From the IMG/VR virus record IMGVR_UViG_3300020055_000005, positions 1-64,000 of that record: a DNA stretch of 64,000 bases, one strand, 5' to 3'. The position numbers and the translations under genes were made by a program. The notes beneath the pieces were generated by a model that had not been told where the DNA came from, searched no databases, and was given only the letters and a program-made list of their open reading frames with translations. Positions within the stretch are counted from its first letter, which is position 1. The number at the start of each line of letters is the position of its first letter. This DNA is from a virus. Positions 20,392 through 27,601 of the stretch are shown piece after piece.

Positions 20392-21245
20392 TACGGTTCT
20401 CCAAATGGATTCGTTTCACTAAAGTCTAAGTAAGATGTGTCTTTATCTTCAAACTCTTTGTTCTGTGCGTTAGGGTCATTACTCATAGTCATGATATCTG
20501 TAATTGTTAAGATGTCGTATGATGCACCATTGTCTGCACCTACAAGTGTGTCTCCAACTTGTAGTGTTCTAGTGTTATCTTTGATTGTAAGTTTTCTAGT
20601 AGATGCAACCCACGATACAACTTCACCTACTACGACACTATTAAGTGTAACATTTTCATTTGCGTAGTATGTTCCAGTTCCTGTTGCATCCATTGTAAGT
20701 TCAATTGAATATGCTTGTTGATCTTCAACAAGATCAATGAATGTGTTACCAGTATCGAAATCTTCTCCACTATATTCAAACAATTCACATTGAAGTTTAA
20801 ACACAAACAGTTTACCAACTTGATAGAAAGGATTTTCGTGTTCTACAAACTTGATTTCAAATAATGAACCTGACATAGGAAAATAGATTAGATCACCTTC
20901 ATTTGGTCTGAGTGACGTTGCAAGGTTACTATCTAAGGAAATGAACCTTTCCCATGAACGTAAAGATAAAACAAACGTGGCTTGGTCTCTTACTTGTACA
21001 CCAAACTTACTGAAAAGGTCTCCTTCTCCTTCGAAACCTTCTGTGTTTTCAATATACATTTCAACACTGTATGCATCTCCATAGATTGATTGAATGTCCT
21101 CTCCTAGTATAGAGTCCTCTTCGACTACTTCTCTAGGTAAGTAGAAACATTCGTGTCCATAGAATCGTAATGATTCAACAACTAAATCTTCGTAAAGATG
21201 TTGTTCAGTTTGGACTGCATGGTTAAAATATACATTAGTTGGCAT
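20391..21245 (-). CDS. gp14: Neck protein
   Basis: YLPR, FSKFG, RPNEGDLIY, PFYQ.GK and C-terminal NPFG motifs. Confidence 0.95.
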   Translation of the reverse strand: MPTNVYFNHAVQTEQHLYEDLVVESLRFYGHECFYLPREVVEEDSILGEDIQSIYGDAYSVEMYIENTEGFEGEGDLFSKFGVQVRDQATFVLSLRSWERFISLDSNLATSLRPNEGDLIYFPMSGSLFEIKFVEHENPFYQVGKLFVFKLQCELFEYSGEDFDTGNTFIDLVEDQQAYSIELTMDATGTGTYYANENVTLNSVVVGEVVSWVASTRKLTIKDNTRTLQVGDTLVGADNGASYDILTITDIMTMSNDPNAQNKEFEDKDTSYLDFSETNPFGEP

Positions 21246-21247
21246 AA

Positions 21248-22063
21248 TTATCCTATCATATCCATCACAGGCATTTCATAATTTAATCTTGATTCTTCTT
21301 CCAGTCTCTGTATCTCCTCTTGCGCTTCTTGTTTCATTTGTGAACCGTCAAGTGTCACACCGCCAGGCAGTGGTATACCTTGGAACTTAGAAAGATTTTC
21401 TCCCCATTGATACTTAACTAATGCAGTTGCATATCGTTTCAACCACATATCATTATAGATATCTGTAAAGTCTGAGGGGTCTAATTTACGATAACATTCT
21501 ATGATTAAATACTCATCATCATTGATTGCATCTAAATCCATATCTAGATATAATCTATTCATGTGAGTGTTATATCTAATTGGTGTTCTACCGACAAGTA
21601 TATGATCTAACATATTGATGTGTTGTTGTACTTGTTCGTAATATAAAATATTTGTTGACGTTAAATCCCATAAATCATTCAATCTTAATTGATACCTAAG
21701 ATCAAACATATTCATATTGTGTTTATCATTAAATGGGAATATGTTAATCACTGCAAGAACATGTTCAGGTAACACGATGTAATTCTTTTGATGTTCTGAC
21801 ACTTCATTAGTGTAATCGTGTGTACCAGCAGGTGTTGCAGTGAATGACTCATTAGTCTTCATTGCAGTTTTCTTGGTGTTAGTAATCTGATGTTTTAGAT
21901 ACGTTTTGATTGAACCATCATAGTGATACTCTCTGAAATATTGGAGTGCTTCATCAATTCTATCGTCGAATTGATCGTCATCAACGTTTATTTCGAGTAC
22001 AGGCGCACCAAGCCTTCTCTTGATATACTCTTTTAGTGCTGATTTGCTATTTGGTTCTGACAT
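21248..22063 (-). CDS. gp13: Neck protein
   Basis: RLGAPV.EINV and QWGENLSKF...LPGGV motifs. Confidence 0.96.
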   Translation of the reverse strand: MSEPNSKSALKEYIKRRLGAPVLEINVDDDQFDDRIDEALQYFREYHYDGSIKTYLKHQITNTKKTAMKTNESFTATPAGTHDYTNEVSEHQKNYIVLPEHVLAVINIFPFNDKHNMNMFDLRYQLRLNDLWDLTSTNILYYEQVQQHINMLDHILVGRTPIRYNTHMNRLYLDMDLDAINDDEYLIIECYRKLDPSDFTDIYNDMWLKRYATALVKYQWGENLSKFQGIPLPGGVTLDGSQMKQEAQEEIQRLEEESRLNYEMPVMDMIG

Positions 22064-22109
22064 AGTAGTATTCCATTAATTAAATGTGTTACTACTATTT
22101 ATGCGAATT

Positions 22110-22370
22110 TTAATCTTGGAAGTAAGTTCTCGACTGTAATCTGTCTATCTTTTCGTCTATTCGTTCTATCGTACTCATCATTCTTTGGAAGTCTGCTTCT
22201 ATCTCTTCCCTTGTTACATACTCTTTTGCAATCTCTTCTCTTGTTTTATTAAGAAGTATATCGATTCTTTTCTGCTCTGCGAGAACAGACCTCACTAAAA
22301 ATCCAAGTGGGAAAACGACAGCCGTGATGAATACGTGCCACAAAAATTCAGGGTTTACAGTTACTTCCAT
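22110..22370 (-). CDS. Small protein with N-terminal TM helix and coiled coil
   Basis: FLWHVFITAVVFPLGFLV followed by heptad-like C-terminus. Confidence 0.65.
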   Translation of the reverse strand: MEVTVNPEFLWHVFITAVVFPLGFLVRSVLAEQKRIDILLNKTREEIAKEYVTREEIEADFQRMMSTIERIDEKIDRLQSRTYFQD

Positions 22371-22379
22371 ACATACTAT

Positions 22380-23081
22380 TTAGAAGATTGGGTTCCCCTC
22401 TGAGTCTATTTCAAATAGAAATTCATCAGGGTCGTGGTCAAAATTACTACAATTACTTCCATCAGGATGATGGTATTTTACTTCCATATTAAATGAGATA
22501 CTATAACGATCTTTGTTACTCATGTTAGGTTCAACCATGTGCATCAAACCACTTGGGAACAGAATTAACCTTCCACTTCTTGGTTCGATATTATGACTCA
22601 TTCTAAACCTAGGTGAATTAGGATGGTCAGAAACCACCTTTGTGTCTTTATCTATTAATGAAATGCATCCTTCATCACCCTCTGCATGAACGTAAAATAC
22701 ACCACTATACCAACAACCATTATGTAAGTGTGGAGCATTCCATGCAGAAAAATCGTTAATATTAGCCCATGAGTTACCTATATTTACTGTACACTTAGTT
22801 TGGTCTATACGATGAAACGGTAAAACCTCATCTTTAAATTGTTGTTCTATCTTTCTCATCAATTGACTAAGTGCAGGATTTGATTCACAACCATCTACTG
22901 ATTGCCATCCTGTATATTGGTTAGATACTTGTCTACCAGCAGGGTCTCTCTTTCTCATACCATCCATTGCATCTCTGCACATTTTAAGATAGTCTTCAGT
23001 GACACCTCTACGTTGATCTAGTTCAGGGTCTAATAAATCCTTCTCAAATACAAAGTTTGGAAATAATAATCTAACTGCCAT
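22380..23081 (-). CDS. Putative 2OG-Fe(II) oxygenase (HxH type, TIGR02466-like)
   Basis: WANIN...HLH...SGVFY...LFPS.L.HMVEPN...RYSISFN. Confidence 0.85.
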   Translation of the reverse strand: MAVRLLFPNFVFEKDLLDPELDQRRGVTEDYLKMCRDAMDGMRKRDPAGRQVSNQYTGWQSVDGCESNPALSQLMRKIEQQFKDEVLPFHRIDQTKCTVNIGNSWANINDFSAWNAPHLHNGCWYSGVFYVHAEGDEGCISLIDKDTKVVSDHPNSPRFRMSHNIEPRSGRLILFPSGLMHMVEPNMSNKDRYSISFNMEVKYHHPDGSNCSNFDHDPDEFLFEIDSEGNPIF

Positions 23082-23964
23082 TATCTAAATCTAACTCCAA
23101 TTGATTTTCTGTTTCTTCACTTACAACTTTATGAAAAGGACATTCAGGTGGTGGTGATTCTTCTTTATAAAACTTACCCTTCGGTTGCCAGTATTCACCT
23201 TTTCTATATGCACCCATTTGTAATGATACATTTCTTTCTTCATCACTCAACCCCTTATGTCGACCCCACTCATCCATAGATTTTGCATATTTACCATCTA
23301 AGTGAGTTGTCACACTAGAACGATTCTCTTGAAATGTTTGATGGTCGAACTGCATGTACGATGCATTCCATTCTTCTCTTTTGAAAGGTACAACCTGACA
23401 TAGTGGTGTACCTTCCTTAATGGTAAATGATTTCTGTACCTTTGGATAAAATATGATTTGTGCATTATCCATGTTACTGTTAAATGTATCAGTATCAATA
23501 ATTCCTTGCCATGTTGCAAAGTATTGATTCTGAAATAAGAAGGGGTCTAAGTAGAAACATGAATAGCCTGGAGGTGTAACAATGTTCCAAGGGTTTCTCA
23601 TTTTGAATGCATCATTGACAGGGCCATGAGTACCCATGTATTCAAATGCATTTCCCATTTGTGTATGATTATGTGAAGGTGATGCATAACCATCGTTCTT
23701 ATCTTTAGTATAGAACTCTGTTGAATCGGAATCTGTTCCTACACCACAGTTAACTTCCATATCTCTATTTGCAACGAGATACCATCCCATCTTTAACCAG
23801 TCATCCATTGCAGGACAGGCACGTACTGTTGTTATACGTTTTCCATGTACATCCATACCAACCTTGAGGGTTTTCCACCACTCAGGTTGAACCGTTTTCG
23901 CAAGAACTGGTCTAAAGTTCTTAACCGTGTCCGTATCGTATGAATGGAATTCTATCGTCGGCAC
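23071..23964 (-). CDS. Conserved oxygenase-cluster protein (DUF6065-like)
   Basis: CPAMDDW, NPW.I.TPPGYSC, GIIDTD and GTPL.QV.PFKR pattern. Confidence 0.6.
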   Translation of the reverse strand: MPTIEFHSYDTDTVKNFRPVLAKTVQPEWWKTLKVGMDVHGKRITTVRACPAMDDWLKMGWYLVANRDMEVNCGVGTDSDSTEFYTKDKNDGYASPSHNHTQMGNAFEYMGTHGPVNDAFKMRNPWNIVTPPGYSCFYLDPFLFQNQYFATWQGIIDTDTFNSNMDNAQIIFYPKVQKSFTIKEGTPLCQVVPFKREEWNASYMQFDHQTFQENRSSVTTHLDGKYAKSMDEWGRHKGLSDEERNVSLQMGAYRKGEYWQPKGKFYKEESPPPECPFHKVVSEETENQLELDLDNGS

Positions 23965-24664
23965 TGTACTTCGTCCTCCTGTCTGTTAATTTAACCTCGT
24001 CTCCTCTGATTACTATGGAACGTCTATCCATGTATCTTGCACTTTCATTTGGTGCATCTGCACCATGAGGTATTCTACCATCAAATAAAACTAAACGATT
24101 TGGTACAAATTCCACTTCTGCAATTTGATGGTTTTTAATATGTTCGTTTCTTCCTTGAAGACCCTGTTGTGGTGAATCATAAATTCTTAATGTACCACCC
24201 CATTTAGGGTTCCAAAATCTGTTATAATAATATAAAAAAGATAAGTTCCAATCATCATGATCATCACAATCTGAGTGTGTAGTTCCATGACATCCATGTG
24301 TTTGAGAATTTAAACCTGCATACTGAAATCTAACCCACTCAAATTCAAAATCTGTTTGAAGTTTTCTATTAAACCAAATCGGAACGACTGCATCTAAACG
24401 ATCAATATCTCCTTCAAGATTGTCCCCACGAAGAAAACTTGCACCCCAAAAAGAATGCATGGGTAATCCTGTAGGATTGTCTCCACCGACTTGATTGGTT
24501 TTAGACCAAATTGATGTTCTAGTAAATAGGTTGTCTATGTGGTGATGAAGTTCATCACTTAAATAATTATCTATTACATAAACTTTATCTAAAGGCAACT
24601 CGCAAATTTTAAAAGGTTCGTCTAAGTAGACGACCTCTAATTGATCATCATCCTGTTTGACCAT
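23921..24664 (-). CDS. 2OG-Fe(II) oxygenase (prolyl-hydroxylase-like)
   Basis: HSD...W...WGG...PNRLVLFDGRIPH...RRS. Start placed at MVKQ (24664). Confidence 0.85.
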   Translation of the reverse strand: MVKQDDDQLEVVYLDEPFKICELPLDKVYVIDNYLSDELHHHIDNLFTRTSIWSKTNQVGGDNPTGLPMHSFWGASFLRGDNLEGDIDRLDAVVPIWFNRKLQTDFEFEWVRFQYAGLNSQTHGCHGTTHSDCDDHDDWNLSFLYYYNRFWNPKWGGTLRIYDSPQQGLQGRNEHIKNHQIAEVEFVPNRLVLFDGRIPHGADAPNESARYMDRRSIVIRGDEVKLTDRRTKYSADDRIPFIRYGHG

Positions 24665-25235
24665 TTCCCTGCGTTTCCATATAAGAGTCAGGAGCAAGTA
24701 ACGGTGTTGGTATAACAACACAGTAGTCATCTACTTCCTTTAAGAAATCCTCTCTAGTGTTATTAATTTCATCTTCGATTTGTACATAACAACACCACAC
24801 TGCATCAGCATATTCTGCAACTCTTCTGGCCGCTGACCTTCTAGGATGTGAAGACCCTTCTCTACCTGCAAAAACAACTTCAATCAAATCATCAAAACCG
24901 TATCTATGCACAACCTCTTTAATGAATTCATGACAAATATTATTGATTTCTTGTTTGTGTTGTTGATTTAAATTAAAACCGATAGGTGGTTCAGAGTTTT
25001 CAATGTATAGTTCAATCGCATCCTTTTCTTCATCTGTTAAGGGAAGTGCATCTTGTTTTTCAAAATCTACACCATCTTTCCATTTTACAATCTTAATTTC
25101 TAAGTCTGCGTACACTAACATTTCATAATCAAAACCCAAGTCAGGTGCATCGCAATTGTCAAAACTGTATCTCAAACCATTAGGTTTAGTGATTTGTAGA
25201 TTACCGTCTTCTGTAAATATTAATTCACTTTTCAT
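24648..25235 (-). CDS. Probable tail-fibre assembly/chaperone-like protein (DUF4376-like C-terminus)
   Basis: RYGFDD...AEYADAVW pattern resembling phage fibre-associated proteins. Confidence 0.45.
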   Translation of the reverse strand: MKSELIFTEDGNLQITKPNGLRYSFDNCDAPDLGFDYEMLVYADLEIKIVKWKDGVDFEKQDALPLTDEEKDAIELYIENSEPPIGFNLNQQHKQEINNICHEFIKEVVHRYGFDDLIEVVFAGREGSSHPRRSAARRVAEYADAVWCCYVQIEDEINNTREDFLKEVDDYCVVIPTPLLAPDSYMETQGNGQTG

Positions 25236-25255
25236 TTATTAAATACCTCTTTCAT

Positions 25256-25284
25256 ATTATAACCTGTCATTGACTTTTTGTCAA
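25256..25284 (-). promoter_or_regulatory. Perfect sigma70 promoter TTGACA-17-TATAAT driving the oxygenase cluster
   Basis: Minus strand TTGACA AAAAGTCAATGACAGGT TATAAT, followed by AGAGG RBS and the ATG at 25235. Confidence 0.85.
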
Positions 25285-26849
25285 GCAAGTACTCTCCATT
25301 TTTTATAGATGTCTAAATTATTTATGTGGTCACAATCCATACCTTCTACCCAAGGGCCTCCCCTAGTATAATGGATACCACTGAAATCCCACTTAACATC
25401 AGGGTCATCATATCCTTCTACAAATATGTATTTCTCAGGAATCTTACTGATCTTATCAGTCCATTCAAACTGATGGAGTTGTTTACCTGTCCAAGTGTTC
25501 ACTGTTTCAGGTGTAAGTTTTTTACAATCTTCATGACCATTATTAAATATCATCATACTAGACCATAATTTTTTTGGATAGTCTATGTTCACTTCTCCGT
25601 TAAACTTAGTTTCATCATGTTTATATTGAGGATACTGAATACATGCAACTGCATCATCAGGATGTAGATAATAGAACATAGGTAATAAAGTTTTTTCAAA
25701 AATAAAATCATCATCTATGAAAATACTAAAACCCTCGTAATTTTCTAAGTAAGGAATTAAAAACCTACTGTATGTAAACTCTGTTGATTGATTTGCATAC
25801 TCTCTAGTATATTCAGGTATCTTTGATACATCTAATAGTTTTATTTCAGGTTCGTATCTTATTTCATTAATTAAATGTCCTGCACCTGTATCTTTAAAAA
25901 TACTTTGTTCAATAGAAATTTTAGATACTTCTGCGAGGTTACCATGTCTACTATCGTAACCAATGTAAATGTTTAATGGTTTACCTTTACTTAAACTATG
26001 AACCTTTTTATTCCAATTGTAAATTTTTGGTCTGAACTCTTGCACATTCATCAGGTTACTGTTATATTCTAATGCACCCTGTATCAGTGTGAATGACACA
26101 TTATAGTGTCCACCCATACCCATTCTTTGTCCAAGGTCTTCTCGTAGACTTAATTTGGTTTTCCAATACTCCATGAAATCTTCGAATCCAATGGGTTCTT
26201 GATCGATGGTGTCGTATGCATCTGTAATACACAATTCCATATCAGGGTCACCCATCTCTTCAAAACAACCTGAACGTATAGAGCCTGGATGAATTCTTAG
26301 TTGATATCTACTATCTTTAACTAATTCTATTACTTGTCCTTGTATAGGTGCCCAAAGACCATCTTCTTGTATACTGTGTATTAACCAATGTGCCTTTGCA
26401 CTATGGTAATACATTGAGTTTAAAGATTCTAAATCTCGTTTGGATAATGCATATTCTTGTTCATTGACATGATCTCTTAAATCAATATACTCACCATTTG
26501 TATCGACTGTATCCATACCTGCAATTTGATTTTCATGATTGGGACGAGGTTTTTCAGTCCATCCTACTGGTAAGAATTTATGATAACATGGTGATTCGTT
26601 TTTTAGTCCATTGAACAAAGACCACTTTTCTCTTTTTCGTTCTTTCTCAAAATCTCCCCATTTAAAAATTTTTATAGGGGGTATAATTTCTTCAAAAACA
26701 TATTTAAGAATTGCGTATGTTTCTTTATCCTTGTATTCTTGATCTAATTGAAGTGACCCAAAATGATAATAGGTATCTTTCCAGTCAGTTTTACCTGCTA
26801 GTTCTTCTTTTGCTTGGGATACGGATTCTATTTTAATAAAATTACTCAT
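25281..26849 (-). CDS. Fusion: N-terminal ParB/Srx-like domain plus C-terminal GT-A glycosyltransferase (GT8/CDI-like)
   Basis: C-terminal IYIGYD, STEFTYSRFL.P, DDD, WSS.M.FN, LHQFEW and HYT.GGPW motifs. N-terminal LIHSIQEDGLWAPI...HPGSIR. Confidence 0.8.
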   Translation of the reverse strand: MSNFIKIESVSQAKEELAGKTDWKDTYYHFGSLQLDQEYKDKETYAILKYVFEEIIPPIKIFKWGDFEKERKREKWSLFNGLKNESPCYHKFLPVGWTEKPRPNHENQIAGMDTVDTNGEYIDLRDHVNEQEYALSKRDLESLNSMYYHSAKAHWLIHSIQEDGLWAPIQGQVIELVKDSRYQLRIHPGSIRSGCFEEMGDPDMELCITDAYDTIDQEPIGFEDFMEYWKTKLSLREDLGQRMGMGGHYNVSFTLIQGALEYNSNLMNVQEFRPKIYNWNKKVHSLSKGKPLNIYIGYDSRHGNLAEVSKISIEQSIFKDTGAGHLINEIRYEPEIKLLDVSKIPEYTREYANQSTEFTYSRFLIPYLENYEGFSIFIDDDFIFEKTLLPMFYYLHPDDAVACIQYPQYKHDETKFNGEVNIDYPKKLWSSMMIFNNGHEDCKKLTPETVNTWTGKQLHQFEWTDKISKIPEKYIFVEGYDDPDVKWDFSGIHYTRGGPWVEGMDCDHINNLDIYKKWRVLA

Positions 26850-26881
26850 AATATAAACTGTGATTTATTAGTATTTAGTTA

Positions 26882-27583
26882 CTATGTAATCGGTGTTGCT
26901 GGCCACTGTTGTGACAATACACCATCCCATCTTGCGACAGGAGTTCTACCTTGTCTAGCATACGTTGCAGGTTGTCTGTTCTGATATGTGAAAGGTGTTT
27001 GACCTTGTCTCGCATACGTACTAGGTTGTCTGTTTTGATATGTGAACGGTGTCTGCGAGTTCGAAGGATTTCTATATGTAAACGGCGACCTGTGATTATA
27101 TGTAGAAGGTTGTCTTGCGTTTGCAATATAAGGATACGGTTGTTGTGCATCCCTAATGTTAGGTTCCTGTGCATTCTTAATAGTAGGTTGTTGTCCATTT
27201 CTAATGTTAGGTTCTTGTGCATTCCTAATATTAGGTTCTTGTGCATTTACTGGATTTCTATATGTAAATGGTGACCTATAGTTATATGTAAACGGTTGTC
27301 TTGCATTTGCACGATATGGAACCCTATATGTAAATGGCACTCTATATGTAAAAGGTTGTCTCGCATTCGCAATATAAGGAACACGATATGTGAAAGGTGA
27401 CTGATAAGTCACAGGTTGTTGTGCGTTAGCAGGGTACCTTGCACTGTATGTGAAAGGAGACTGATAAGTTACAGGCTGTTGAGCATTCGCAGGATATCTT
27501 GCGTTGTAAGTAAACGGTGCTTGGCTGTTGACCGTGGCACGAGCCTGACCTTGCATCGATTGTCTGTGGAAACCTGTTGCCAT
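26882..27583 (-). CDS. Pro/Tyr/Gln repeat protein, zipper partner A2 (233 aa)
   Basis: 26 Pro-delimited units of 6/8/10 aa (aa 24-215); GAGAGG RBS. Confidence 0.85.
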   Translation of the reverse strand: MATGFHRQSMQGQARATVNSQAPFTYNARYPANAQQPVTYQSPFTYSARYPANAQQPVTYQSPFTYRVPYIANARQPFTYRVPFTYRVPYRANARQPFTYNYRSPFTYRNPVNAQEPNIRNAQEPNIRNGQQPTIKNAQEPNIRDAQQPYPYIANARQPSTYNHRSPFTYRNPSNSQTPFTYQNRQPSTYARQGQTPFTYQNRQPATYARQGRTPVARWDGVLSQQWPATPIT

Positions 27584-27601
27584 CTTACTTAATTCCTCTC
27601 A

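Noticed and set aside
22110-22370. Holin call for the 86-aa TM protein
   Set aside because: A single TM helix plus coiled coil is insufficient evidence, and no endolysin is adjacent.
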